DNA of 64,000 nucleotides from an uncultured Chloroflexia bacterium (GCA_963813535.1 CAWEZH010000003.1:608001-672000); one strand, 5' to 3'; positions 17,997 through 27,766 are shown, counted from the stretch's first letter. Made by a program: numbers and translations. Notes: generated by a model from the sequence alone, not told the origin.

Positions 17997-18746
17997 ATGC
18001 TCGGTGGCGGCCGCGTGTACCGGATCCTGTTGGTCGACGACGATCACAACATGCTCGCGCTGCTCGCCGACCAGTTGCGGGCGGATGGCTTCGAGGTCAT
18101 GACGGCACGCGACGGCGAGGAGGCGCTTCGTCGACTGCGGGCGAGCTGGCCTGACCTCCTGGTCATCGACATGATGATGCCGCGGCTCGACGGCCTGTCC
18201 CTCGCACGGGAGATCAAGGCCCAGGCCGACCTGCCGATCATCGTCCTGTCGGCCATCGACGCGGGTGACTCGAAGGCGGACCTCCTCGAAGAGGTCGCCG
18301 AGGACTACGTCACCAAGCCGTACCACTACCCGGAGCTGCGCGCACGGATCAACCGCGTCCTGCGGCGTCTCGGCGATTCCGTCCCGCGCAGGAGCCTGGT
18401 CCTCGGTCCGGATCTGACCCTCGACCTCCATCGGCGCGAGGCGACGGTCGGCGGCCAGACGGTCCAGCTGACGCCGACCGAATCGCGGCTTCTGTACGCC
18501 CTCGCGGCGAAGATCGGTCAGACGGTCCCCACCGAGACGCTCCTGGCCCGTGGCTGGGCCGAGACCGAGGACGCCGACCCGTCGTACGTCTGGGTCACGA
18601 TGCGACGGCTGCGCCAGAAGGTGGAGATCGACCCCAATCGGCCCGTCCACCTGCAGACCGTGCGTGGCGTCGGCTATCGCCTGGTGGGTGCGACGACCAA
18701 CGTGCAGGCCGGGGCGGGTGGGACCGAGGACATCGGGCCCTCCTGA
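17997..18746 (+). CDS. OmpR-family response regulator
   Basis: 'ILLVDDD', 'DMMMP', 'YVTKP', winged helix 'TVRGVGY'. Confidence 0.95.
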   Translation: MLGGGRVYRILLVDDDHNMLALLADQLRADGFEVMTARDGEEALRRLRASWPDLLVIDMMMPRLDGLSLAREIKAQADLPIIVLSAIDAGDSKADLLEEVAEDYVTKPYHYPELRARINRVLRRLGDSVPRRSLVLGPDLTLDLHRREATVGGQTVQLTPTESRLLYALAAKIGQTVPTETLLARGWAETEDADPSYVWVTMRRLRQKVEIDPNRPVHLQTVRGVGYRLVGATTNVQAGAGGTEDIGPS

Positions 18747-20224
18747 TGATCGACGAACGAACGGAGCGCTCGACGACCTCCGCCGACGGTGCGGCCGTGG
18801 ATGACGAGGAGGATGCCTCGGCCAGCGGGCGCCTGAGCTTCAGGATGCGGCTGGTCCTGGCCCTGCTCCTGACGTCGATCATGCCGCTGGCGGTGTTCGG
18901 GGTGATCGTGCTGTTCGCCGAGTTGATCCTCGGCCGCCAGGGCGCCGATGCCGCGATGGGTCAGGTGGTGCTCTTCGCGTTCGCCGTGCTGCTGGCGGTG
19001 GCGATCTTCACCTCCTTCGGCCTGGCGAACGAGCTGACGGCCCCGCTGCGCCATGTCGCAGCCGCGGTCGATCGTGTCTCGAAGGGTGACCTCGGGAACC
19101 CGATCCGCGTCGCCGGCGACGACGAGCTGGCTCGTCTGGCCGACAGCCACAACCGGCTGGCCGCCGACCTCGAGCGGCGGAATCGCGAGCTCGGACGCAT
19201 CCTCGAGTCGATCGACGAGGTGTCGCCGCGCGACGATGTCGATGCGATCGTCGAACGCGTCGGGCCTGATGCGATCGCCGCCTTCGAGCTGATCGACGCG
19301 GTGGTGATCATGGGCGATCCGGGCACGATCGGACTCGAGGACGTCGTCCCCGGGGTGTCGCGACCGCTCCGTGCCGTCATGCGCGCGGGAGGCGCCGATA
19401 TCGGCGTGCTCATCGGGCGACTGTCCGCGACACGCCGCTGGGAGCCCGCCGACCAGGACCTCTTCGAGCTGTTCGCGAGCGCGATGGCGGCCGCCATCCG
19501 CAACGCCCAGTTGTTCGCGACCGTCGAGAGCCAGAACCGCCAGCTGCTCGAGCTCGACGCGGCCAAGGACGAATTCTTGCGCGGTGTGAGCCACAACCTC
19601 CAGACGCCCCTGACGAGCATCCGCGCCTATGCCGAGCAACTGGACCAATCGGCACCCGATCGTCGGCTGGGGATCATCGCCGAGCAATCGGAACGGCTGT
19701 CCCGGATGGTCCGCCAGCTGCTCACGGTGACCCGCCTCGAGTCGGGCGCGCTCCGGCCGCGCAGCGAGGTCGTGTCACTCGCCACCCGGGTGCGGAAGGC
19801 GTGGGAGGGGCTTGGCGCCGACGCGGTCGCGTTCGAGGTCGACGATGACGCGCGGGGCTGGCTGGCCGTCGCCGACCCCGACCAACTCGACCAGGTCCTC
19901 TGGGCGCTTCTCGACAACGCGATCAAGTACGGTGACGGCGCCCCCGTCACCGCCGTGGTCGTCGTGGACGACGAGGACCAGCAGATCCACCTCACGATCG
20001 CGGACCGCGGGCCCGGCGTGGACGAGGCGGATCGCGACCGACTGTTCACGCGGTTCCAGCGGGGATCGTCGAGCGTGAGCGACGGTGGGAGCGGGCTCGG
20101 CCTGTACGTCTCGCGCGAACTGTGCCGCGCGATGGGGGGCGATCTCATCCTGGCCCCACCATCGAACGGCGGGGGCGCCGCGTTCACGGTCAAGCTCCCG
20201 GGGGAGGCGGGCGAGGAAGCCTAG
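18746..20224 (+). CDS. Sensor histidine kinase (2 TM, HAMP, GAF-like, HisKA, HATPase)
   Basis: 'SHNLQTPL', 'NAIKY', 'DRGPG', 'GSGLGL'. Confidence 0.93.
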   Translation: MIDERTERSTTSADGAAVDDEEDASASGRLSFRMRLVLALLLTSIMPLAVFGVIVLFAELILGRQGADAAMGQVVLFAFAVLLAVAIFTSFGLANELTAPLRHVAAAVDRVSKGDLGNPIRVAGDDELARLADSHNRLAADLERRNRELGRILESIDEVSPRDDVDAIVERVGPDAIAAFELIDAVVIMGDPGTIGLEDVVPGVSRPLRAVMRAGGADIGVLIGRLSATRRWEPADQDLFELFASAMAAAIRNAQLFATVESQNRQLLELDAAKDEFLRGVSHNLQTPLTSIRAYAEQLDQSAPDRRLGIIAEQSERLSRMVRQLLTVTRLESGALRPRSEVVSLATRVRKAWEGLGADAVAFEVDDDARGWLAVADPDQLDQVLWALLDNAIKYGDGAPVTAVVVVDDEDQQIHLTIADRGPGVDEADRDRLFTRFQRGSSSVSDGGSGLGLYVSRELCRAMGGDLILAPPSNGGGAAFTVKLPGEAGEEA

Positions 20225-20309
20225 GAGATCCGCGTTCGGACCGGGAATCGTGACGCCGACCCTTTCGGGGCCGGCGTCGTCGCGTGCGCGTGCGGTCGGA
20301 AGCGTCGGG

Positions 20310-20531
20310 TCAGGCGGCCTTGGCCTTGACGGCAGGCACGCTGCCCGAGGCGTCGACTGCCGCCTTCGCCTTCCAGATGATGTGCCGGGGATCGCCGGCG
20401 ACCAGCGCCGCGGCCACCGCTCCGATGAGCGGGCCGAGCAATGGGCTGACGTGAACGAACTCGGCGATGATGGCGCCCGCGTACCAGCCGGCATAGAACC
20501 AGAGGAACGCAGCGAGGATGCGCTTCTTCAT
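20310..20531 (-). CDS. Small two-helix membrane protein
   Basis: 'MKKRILAAFLWFYAGWYAG...LVAGDPRHIIW'. Confidence 0.7.
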   Translation of the reverse strand: MKKRILAAFLWFYAGWYAGAIIAEFVHVSPLLGPLIGAVAAALVAGDPRHIIWKAKAAVDASGSVPAVKAKAA

Positions 20532-20694
20532 GTCCGAGAGCGTGCGCCCTCGGCCCGCGGTCGAACAGTCACACAGAGGTACCACTCACCGAGCTGCCAC
20601 AGGAACCGGTGGTGTCGTCGATGCGCACCACAAGACAGGTGGACTGCAAGCTACGCGTGGGACTATCGGCTTAGTACCTCGTATCTTGAGACCG

Positions 20695-22266
20695 ATGTCC
20701 CTCTCTCTTTTGTCCCGCGTTAGCCGCCGATGGGCCAGCCGTAGCCGAGCTGGCCGCGTACGCCGCCGTTCCCGAGGCCAGAGCATGGTCGAGTTCGCTC
20801 TGGTGGCTCCGATCCTGCTGCTGGCGTTTGCGGCCGCTGCCGATCTCGGCCGCGGCTTCTATGCCTACGTCGCCATCGAGAACGCGGCGAAGGAAGGGGC
20901 GTTCTTCGGGTCTCGTCAGCCGCTCTGCGATGACGCCTCAGCCCCAGGCTGCTCGGATCCGAACAACGTCAGATGGCGCGTTCGGAACGAACTGTACGAG
21001 CAGGGCATCCGGGACGCATCCGGCAACGAGCTCGTGCCGACGATCGAGTGTCTCGGGCCGGGCGGTGCGCCGCGAGTCCCTCTGAAGACCTGCACGGAGG
21101 GTGACACCTACTCCGTGTCGCTCGTCTACGAGTACCGGCCACTCACCCCGGTGATCGGCAGCATCGTCGGAAATCTCAACCTCACGTCGACGTCGCAGGC
21201 GGTCGTCCTCAACCTGGCCTTCGACCCGACGCCAGGCGCCAGCATCCAGAAGTTCGTGTCACCGATCGGTGCGACGAACGGCGGCGAGGTCATCGGCAGG
21301 TGTCTGGAACCGGACGATCAGGATGCAAATGGATTCTACCGATCCCCCTGCCTCGATTCGTCGACGTCCGACCCGAGCGACAGGGTCCAGCTCCGATTCG
21401 AGCAAGGAACGACGATCGCCTACCGGCTACGGGTCGGCAACAGCGGGGGGCAGACGCTGACCAGCGCGACCGTGAGTGACTCCAAGGGTTCCACCGGGTG
21501 CAGCTTCCCGTCGTCGATGCCGGTCGGGTACGTCCAGATCTGCAACTACACCCGTGTCGCCCCGAACGTCACCGGTTCGGGGGTCAGCCAGGATTACATC
21601 AACGTCGGCACGATCGATTCGGCGCAGACGCTGCCCACCACCTCTGACGTCACCGTGACGATCGAGAAGCCTCCCGCCCGGCTCCAGGTCGGAAAGTGGG
21701 TCAGCCCGTTCGCCCTCGGCGGGGACGAGGGTGACGGCGACCCGAATTTCGGTTTCGACGATGACATCACCGTGACCCATACGACGCAGGTCGCCACCCC
21801 GTCGGCGTGGTTCAAGATCATCGTCGTCAACACGGGCGGCCAGACTGCGACCGGTTTGCAGATCACCGACTCACGGGGGCCGCTGCCGACCAACTCGAAC
21901 TGTCCGGCGCTGTCGACTCTCGCGGCGGGCGCGGTGTACACATGTCGGTACCAAGCGACATTCACCTCGTCCTCGCCGGCGACGAACAGCAATACGGCGA
22001 GCGCCACTGGCACGAACGTGACCCCTGACGGTGATGACAGCCATACGGCCGTGGTGCGCGTGTCTGCCTGTACGGGAACGAATGACCGGACGGTCCCCAA
22101 CCTCATCGGGCTGTCCAAGTCGGCGGCGACGGCGGCGTGGACATCGGCGGGCTTCACCACGACCCTGTCGACATGGAACGGTGGCACGGGATCGTCGGTC
22201 GCCACGCAGACCCGCCCGGCCTTCGGCTGTATCCCGCGGACGTCGACGATGGTAGTCGACCGATGA
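20695..22266 (+). CDS. Large TadE-like pseudopilin with two Ig-like (DUF11-like) repeats and a C-terminal PASTA-like domain
   Basis: Prepilin site 'RG|QSMVEFALVAP', 'NAAKEGA', repeats 'YRLRVGNSGGQTL'/'FKIIVVNTGGQTA', PASTA-like 'VPNLIGLSKSAA'. Confidence 0.8.
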   Translation: MSLSLLSRVSRRWASRSRAGRVRRRSRGQSMVEFALVAPILLLAFAAAADLGRGFYAYVAIENAAKEGAFFGSRQPLCDDASAPGCSDPNNVRWRVRNELYEQGIRDASGNELVPTIECLGPGGAPRVPLKTCTEGDTYSVSLVYEYRPLTPVIGSIVGNLNLTSTSQAVVLNLAFDPTPGASIQKFVSPIGATNGGEVIGRCLEPDDQDANGFYRSPCLDSSTSDPSDRVQLRFEQGTTIAYRLRVGNSGGQTLTSATVSDSKGSTGCSFPSSMPVGYVQICNYTRVAPNVTGSGVSQDYINVGTIDSAQTLPTTSDVTVTIEKPPARLQVGKWVSPFALGGDEGDGDPNFGFDDDITVTHTTQVATPSAWFKIIVVNTGGQTATGLQITDSRGPLPTNSNCPALSTLAAGAVYTCRYQATFTSSSPATNSNTASATGTNVTPDGDDSHTAVVRVSACTGTNDRTVPNLIGLSKSAATAAWTSAGFTTTLSTWNGGTGSSVATQTRPAFGCIPRTSTMVVDR

Positions 22267-22712
22267 ACCGCCGCCAGCGCGGCCGCGGCCAGGCGCTCGC
22301 CGAGTTCGCCCTCGTCGTGCCGATCTTCCTGGTGTTCGTGTTCGCGATCATCGATTTCGGCCGGTACGTCTACACGGCCAATACCCTCAGCAACAGCGCG
22401 CGTGAGGCGGCCCGCATCGGATCCGTCGGCGCTCGGCCGACCGAGTGCAACGGGCTGTCCCGCCAGGCCTGTGTCGAGCGGATCGCCCGGGATCGATCGT
22501 GGGGCCTACCGGGACCGGTCACGACGACCGTCATATGCGAGCGCGTGTCCCTCGCCGGAGGGATCAGCGTCGTGGCCACCGCGACCTGTCGATCGGGAGA
22601 TCTGCTGCGGGTCCGCACGCAGATGCCGTTCTCTGTACTCACGCCCGTGGCCGGGCAGATCCTCGGCGGCGTCAGCGTCGCCGGCGAGACACGTGTGACC
22701 GTCAACCAATGA
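22263..22712 (+). CDS. TadE-like pseudopilin
   Basis: 'RG|QALAEFALVVP', 'NSAREAAR'. Confidence 0.88.
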   Translation: MNRRQRGRGQALAEFALVVPIFLVFVFAIIDFGRYVYTANTLSNSAREAARIGSVGARPTECNGLSRQACVERIARDRSWGLPGPVTTTVICERVSLAGGISVVATATCRSGDLLRVRTQMPFSVLTPVAGQILGGVSVAGETRVTVNQ

Positions 22713-22723
22713 GGAGAACCAAC

Positions 22724-23824
22724 GTGGCCCGCAACGCCGCTCCAAGGTCCGCACGGGGACAGATCCTCGTCATCGTCGCGGGAGGACTCATCGGGCTTCT
22801 CGCTTTCGCTGGACTCGCACTCGAGGGCGGCACGCTCGTGCTCAACCGGCGCGACGGCCAGAACTCGTCCGACCTCGCCGCCGTGGCTGGCGCCCGGATG
22901 GTCGCGCTGAACTACACGGAAGCCGGCGGCAAGACGCAGGCCGACGTCTTCGATGCGCTCACATCGAGCATGGACGCCAACGGCTGTGTCGCCCCTGCGC
23001 CGTGCACCTGGACGGCGAACTTCGTTGGGAGTGGCTTGTCGAACCTCAGCTCTGTCAGCAACAGCGGAGCAGCGATCCCCGGGGGTTCGCTGGGTGTCCG
23101 CGTGCAGGTCACCCGAACCCCGGGCGCGATGCTCGGTCGGATGCTCGGCTTCACCACGTGGACCGTGTCCACCGAAGGGACCGCGATCAGCACGAAGGTG
23201 TCGAGCGCCGCTTCGGGGATCGTGCTGCCGATCGCGATGTGTGGCTGGACGAACCCGACATCGAACGACTGCATCCAGGCGACGACGTCCAATGGCCTCG
23301 ATTTCCAGACCGGGCAGGTCTATGACCTCACCGATGGGAAGGATGCCCCGGGGGGCTTCGGCTGGCTGTCGTGGAACGGCAGCAACAGCGCAGGCGCCCT
23401 GTCCGACAGCGTCTGCACTCCCAACAACCCGGGGTTCAGCATCGACAGTCCGTACGACAGCCCGGGTTCGCCAGGCACGATGGGGACCAGCCCATCGAGC
23501 GGCGAGACCTGGTTCCCCGTTGACCCTGGCAAGTCCAACAAGAGCAGCGTGAGATCGTGTCTTGATGGCTGGATCGCCCGGGGGACGACCGTCCTCGTTC
23601 CGATCTACGACATCATCGAAACGACAGGCGGCGGAGGTGGGAACAACCTGTGGTACCACATCACCGGTGTGGCGGCCTTCGTGTTGTCGTCTCGCGACCA
23701 GCCAGCGGTCGACAACATCCAGGGCTATTTCGTCGAGTATGTCCCGTTCTCGGGCGACCCGACCGGCGGAACGCTGCCGCCAGATGAGAGTGACACCACG
23801 GTCTTCATCGGGCTCGTGAAGTAG
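22724..23824 (+). CDS. TadG-like (Tad domain) pilus tip protein
   Basis: 'RG|QILVIVA', 'QNSSDLAAVAGA', 'PGGFGWL', 'LVPIYD'; GAGGAG RBS before GTG. Confidence 0.8.
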   Translation: MARNAAPRSARGQILVIVAGGLIGLLAFAGLALEGGTLVLNRRDGQNSSDLAAVAGARMVALNYTEAGGKTQADVFDALTSSMDANGCVAPAPCTWTANFVGSGLSNLSSVSNSGAAIPGGSLGVRVQVTRTPGAMLGRMLGFTTWTVSTEGTAISTKVSSAASGIVLPIAMCGWTNPTSNDCIQATTSNGLDFQTGQVYDLTDGKDAPGGFGWLSWNGSNSAGALSDSVCTPNNPGFSIDSPYDSPGSPGTMGTSPSSGETWFPVDPGKSNKSSVRSCLDGWIARGTTVLVPIYDIIETTGGGGGNNLWYHITGVAAFVLSSRDQPAVDNIQGYFVEYVPFSGDPTGGTLPPDESDTTVFIGLVK

Positions 23825-23937
23825 CGGCGCCACCGGTGCGGCCGGGCACCACTCCCCGCGCCGCTGTAAGGATGGACGCAAGGTCGGCGCCGGAAGATAC
23901 GGCCCTGACGCACTCTTCCGATCTCAGACGGGGGTGA

Positions 23938-23975
23938 GTCGAGCGCCAGGTGGCGACAGGCACCTGGCGCTCGAC
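23938..23975. repeat. Perfect 15-bp inverted repeat
   Basis: GTCGAGCGCCAGGTG - 8 nt loop - CACCTGGCGCTCGAC. Confidence 0.85.
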
Positions 23976-24095
23976 GTGTCCGGTCATCGGAGTCCCGAAG
24001 CATGTCCGCCGGCACACGTGGTTCTGCAATGGCGATTGCAAGGTTGGTCCATCAGAATCGGTCGCAGTGAGCCGCCGTATGGCGGAGGACTCATG

Positions 24096-24131
24096 TGGGA
24101 AGCCGTGTCGGGGGACGCGGCTTTTCCATTT
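24096..24131 (+). terminator. Intrinsic terminator-like hairpin
   Basis: TGGGAAGCCGTGTC/GACGCGGCTTTTCCA with G-U pairs valid on the + strand, followed by TTT. Confidence 0.55.
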
Positions 24132-24163
24132 CCGGCCCGCAGTGGTCCGCCGGGCGCGACGCC

Positions 24164-24982
24164 CTACACCAGGCGGTAGGCGTCCGGTCGGCGGTTTGCG
24201 AGCGACGGGATCTGGCGTCGGACCGACTTGACGCGGTCGGTGTCGACCTCCGCTCGGACGATCCCGACGCCGTCGGGCGCCTGCGCGACGACCGTCCCCC
24301 ACGGGTCGATGACCATCGAGCGCCCGAATGCCGGCTGCCCGGGCGGTCCACCAGCCTGACCTGGAGCCAGGACCCATGCGCCGTTCTCGATCGCCCGCGC
24401 CCGCAGCAGGACCTCCCAATGGTCGCGGCCCGTCCGTTCGGTGAAATTCGCCGGGACCGTCAGGACCTCGGCACCGGCCAGCGCGAGCGTCCGATAGAGC
24501 TCCGGGAAGCGGAGGTCGTAGCAGATGCTCAGACCGACGCTCACGCCCTCGACATCGACGACGACCGGGGTGTCGCCGGCCGTCACCCGAGCCGATTCGC
24601 GATCCACGGGGCCGTCATCCACATCGACATCGAACATGTGGATCTTCCGGTAGGTCGCTGCGATCGAGCCGTCGGGCGCGAACAGCACGCTGGTGTTGCA
24701 CGGGCGATCCGGGTCGCCGCCCGACTCGGCCAGGCTGCCCGCCAGGATCCAGGCGCCGCGACGAGCCGCGACGTCAGCAAAGGCATCTGTGAATGGACCG
24801 GGGATCGGGCGGGCAGATGCACGGAAGCCCGCGTCGTCTCCGCGGTACTGCAGGTACTCGGGCAGCACGACGAGTCGCGCTCCCGAGGCGGCGGCATCGT
24901 CGGCCAGGCTCGTCGCTCGGTCGATGTTCGCGTCGACATCACCGGTGGCATCGAGCTGCACGAGGGCGACGGCCAATCGCAT
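24164..24982 (-). CDS. Carbon-nitrogen hydrolase (Nit1/deaminated glutathione amidase-like)
   Basis: Triad motifs 'LPEY', 'YRKIHMFD', 'ICYDLRFPE', plus 'RARAIEN'. Confidence 0.92.
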   Translation of the reverse strand: MRLAVALVQLDATGDVDANIDRATSLADDAAASGARLVVLPEYLQYRGDDAGFRASARPIPGPFTDAFADVAARRGAWILAGSLAESGGDPDRPCNTSVLFAPDGSIAATYRKIHMFDVDVDDGPVDRESARVTAGDTPVVVDVEGVSVGLSICYDLRFPELYRTLALAGAEVLTVPANFTERTGRDHWEVLLRARAIENGAWVLAPGQAGGPPGQPAFGRSMVIDPWGTVVAQAPDGVGIVRAEVDTDRVKSVRRQIPSLANRRPDAYRLV

Positions 24983-25037
24983 CGCAGCATCCTATCGCCG
25001 ACACGGCGGCGGAACCCGGATGGGTCGCGAGGGCCGG

Positions 25038-25775
25038 TCAGCGGATGCCGGTGTCGAACGCCAGCGTGACCTCGGTGATCCGGCCGTCCTCCACCGTGAC
25101 GCGCTGCGCCTCCGGACCATCCATGAAACCGGCGACGCCCTCGGCGGTAACCGCGTAGGCGCCCGGCTGCAGGCCGAGGAACCGTTGACCCGCTGCGTCC
25201 AGGACGACCTTCTCCCGGACGGCTCCGCCCGCGTCCATCACGAGCACGGTGATATTGGGGACCGGCTTGGGAGCACAGGCCGGGTCGGGCGGCACGGTCT
25301 CGACCGGACAGGTCGGCCCGGCGACAGCGATCACGTGGATGCCCGTCCCCGTTCCGTCGCCTCCACCGGGCGACGGGAACGCCGCCGGCGGCACCTCGGC
25401 GCCACCCTCGGACTGGAGCGTCACCGTCCCGTCCGGACCCACGGCATACACCCATGTGTGCTCGTCGATGCAGCCAGCCTGGCAGTCGCCCCAGCCCACG
25501 CGCATGCTGACCAGGAACGCCCCGACACCGGACGCCGGTGCGACCTCGTACCAGCTCGACTGGCCGATCATGCCCGGGTCGCGCGGCCGGATGCCCGTGA
25601 AACGCGGCTCGTGGGCGATCACCCGGGCCACCGCATCGGCTCCCGTCGTCACCGGACCGCCGGCAGGAGGGACGGACGGGTCGGCCGATCCGGATGGGGC
25701 AGCGCCGGCACCGCATGCGGCGAGCGACAGCAGGGCCGTTACGATGAGCACGATCGGGATGACGAGTCTCGGCAT
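25038..25775 (-). CDS. Hypothetical lipoprotein
   Basis: Lipobox 'LAAC'; 'GWGDCQAGCID' and 'GPTCPVE..DPAC' motifs; GGAAC-N17-CGT ECF-like promoter upstream. Confidence 0.75.
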   Translation of the reverse strand: MPRLVIPIVLIVTALLSLAACGAGAAPSGSADPSVPPAGGPVTTGADAVARVIAHEPRFTGIRPRDPGMIGQSSWYEVAPASGVGAFLVSMRVGWGDCQAGCIDEHTWVYAVGPDGTVTLQSEGGAEVPPAAFPSPGGGDGTGTGIHVIAVAGPTCPVETVPPDPACAPKPVPNITVLVMDAGGAVREKVVLDAAGQRFLGLQPGAYAVTAEGVAGFMDGPEAQRVTVEDGRITEVTLAFDTGIR

Positions 25776-25814
25776 GCCCTTCCGGACGGTCGCGTTCCGG
25801 CTACAGTTCCGCGG

Positions 25815-26522
25815 ATGCCGCCGATCGACTTCACCGACGTCGAGGCCCTGACCTTCGACTGCTACGGGACGCTGATCGACTGGGAGGCTGGGCTGACCGC
25901 GGCCTTCCAAGTCGTCCTCGACGCCCATGGCGTGCGGCACGACCCGGAGGACGTGCTGACTCGCTATGCCCGACACGAGGCGACCGCCGAGGGCGGCCCA
26001 TACCGGACGTACGCGGAGGTGCTCGCGGCGGGACTTCGCGGTGTCGGAGCAGAGCTCGGGTTCGAGCCGACGGGGGACGAGGTCGCCGCCTTCTCCCGGT
26101 CGGTCGAGGCGTGGCCCGCGTTCCCGGACGCTTCCGAGGCGCTGCAGCGGCTCAAGCGTCGGTTCCGACTCGGCGTCCTGACCAACTGCGATGACGATCT
26201 GTTCGCCCCATCGAACCGGCGCCTGGGCGTCGAGTTCGACTGGGTCGTCACCGCGCAGCAGGTCGGTTCCTACAAGCCGAACGAGCGCAACTTCAACGTC
26301 TTGCTCGACCGGCTCGGCCTGCCGACGGATCGGGTCGTGCACGTGGCCCAGAGCCTCTTCCACGATCACGCGCCGGCCAAGCGACTCGGGCTGACGACGG
26401 TCTGGATCGACCGGCGCCACGATCGTCCCGGCTCGGGTGCGACGCCGCCGGCCAATGCCCAGCCCGACGCCACGTATCCGGATATGGCGTCCTTGGCCGA
26501 GGCCGCGGTCCCGGACGTCTAA
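25815..26522 (+). CDS. Haloacid dehalogenase type II
   Basis: 'FDCYGTLIDW', 'LTNCD', 'SYKP', 'HVAQSLFHD'. Confidence 0.9.
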   Translation: MPPIDFTDVEALTFDCYGTLIDWEAGLTAAFQVVLDAHGVRHDPEDVLTRYARHEATAEGGPYRTYAEVLAAGLRGVGAELGFEPTGDEVAAFSRSVEAWPAFPDASEALQRLKRRFRLGVLTNCDDDLFAPSNRRLGVEFDWVVTAQQVGSYKPNERNFNVLLDRLGLPTDRVVHVAQSLFHDHAPAKRLGLTTVWIDRRHDRPGSGATPPANAQPDATYPDMASLAEAAVPDV

Positions 26523-26533
26523 ACGACCCGACC

Positions 26534-27427
26534 TCAACCGGCTTTCGGCGGTTCCTCGTTCGATGCGTCCAGGAACCCGCGGAAGCTTTCCGCCAATGCC
26601 GTGACCTCGAGCGGCAGGATGTACTTCGTCGACGGGCTGGCACCCAGTGCCTTGAACGCCTCGAGGTACTGGAGGGCCATCGTCTTCTGGTCCACCTGCG
26701 ACGCGGCGCGATAGATCTGCTCGAGCGCGAGCGCGAACCCTTCCGCGCGCAGGATCGCCGCCTGGCGGTCGCCCTCGGCCCGCAGGATCTCGGCCTGCTT
26801 GGTGCCCTCGGCCACGTTGATGGCCGACTGCCGACTCCCTTCGGATTCGGTGATGACCGCGCGGCGCGTCCGCTCCGCGGACAGCTGGCGGTTCATCGCG
26901 TCCTGGACGTCGCGCGGCGGCGTGATCTCGCGGATCTCGACGGTCGTGACCTTGCCGCCCCACCGCTCGGTCACCTCGTCGAGCTTGACGCGGAGGACCT
27001 CGTTGATCTGCTCGCGCTTGGACAGAACGTCGTCGAGGAGGATGTCGCCCACCACCGCTCGCAGCGTCGTCGTGGCGATGTTCTGGAGTGCGCCGTTGAA
27101 GTTCTGGACCTCGATGACGCTCTTGTACGGGTCGGCGATCCGCCAGTAGATCAGGAAGTCGATGCTGATCGGGGCGTTGTCCTTGGTGATACCCGTCTGG
27201 CTCGGGACTTCGATGAACTGCTCGCGCAGGTCGACACGCACACCACGCTGCAGGATCGGCACGACGAACACCCAACCCGGACCCTTGACCTCGTCGGGAC
27301 TGGTCCGGCCCAGGGTGAACACGAGAAGGCGCTCGTACTGGTTGACGATCTTGATCGCGGCCCAGAACAGGAGCAGGCCGACGGCAAGGAGGAAGGCGAC
27401 CGCCAAGGCGACGACCACGATGTCCAC
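26534..27427 (-). CDS. SPFH/stomatin-like (band 7) protein
   Basis: N-terminal TM, 'ITKDNAPISID', 'TTLRAVVG', 'AERTRRA'. Confidence 0.93.
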   Translation of the reverse strand: MDIVVVALAVAFLLAVGLLLFWAAIKIVNQYERLLVFTLGRTSPDEVKGPGWVFVVPILQRGVRVDLREQFIEVPSQTGITKDNAPISIDFLIYWRIADPYKSVIEVQNFNGALQNIATTTLRAVVGDILLDDVLSKREQINEVLRVKLDEVTERWGGKVTTVEIREITPPRDVQDAMNRQLSAERTRRAVITESEGSRQSAINVAEGTKQAEILRAEGDRQAAILRAEGFALALEQIYRAASQVDQKTMALQYLEAFKALGASPSTKYILPLEVTALAESFRGFLDASNEEPPKAG

Positions 27428-27439
27428 TCTGGGCTCCTT

Positions 27440-27766
27440 CTACTGTGCCGGACTTTCGACCGGCGATGCGACGACGATGAGGATGAGGCCGTCCTGGCCG
27501 ACGACCCGGACCGACGCACCCGATCCGATGGTCGATCCGTTGCTCGAGCGAGCGGTCCATTCCTCGCCCGCCGCGTAGACGACGCCGGTCCGCGCGATCG
27601 CAGTCCGGGCGACACCGTCCGTGCCCACCGGGACGGTGTTCGTCCCACCGGCACCGAACGCCTCTGCATCGTGGCGGCGTCGGAGGATGATGCGGAGCAC
27701 GCCGACGATCGCGAAGATCGCGATCACCGTCACGAACGCTGCAGGCAGGACCTGATCGGTCGTCAC
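27440..27766 (-). CDS. Short NfeD-like protein (TM + C-terminal OB domain)
   Basis: 'GVVYAAGEEWTARS..VRVVGQDGLILIV'; GTG overlaps stop of the long NfeD. Confidence 0.85.
   Translation of the reverse strand: MTTDQVLPAAFVTVIAIFAIVGVLRIILRRRHDAEAFGAGGTNTVPVGTDGVARTAIARTGVVYAAGEEWTARSSNGSTIGSGASVRVVGQDGLILIVVASPVESPAQ

Noticed and set aside
20532-20694. c-di-GMP riboswitch upstream of the Tad genes
   Set aside because: No GGCAAA/GAAA-tetraloop-receptor core could be found on either strand.
23913-23924. CTCTTCCGATCT match to an Illumina adapter end
   Set aside because: Only 12 nt match, the flanks do not continue the adapter, and part of it forms a natural stem with 23891-23897.
24069-24095. 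GAGCCGCCGTATG resembling group II intron domain V
   Set aside because: The complementary 3' strand (CGTACGGT...) and domain VI are missing, and there is no reverse transcriptase.
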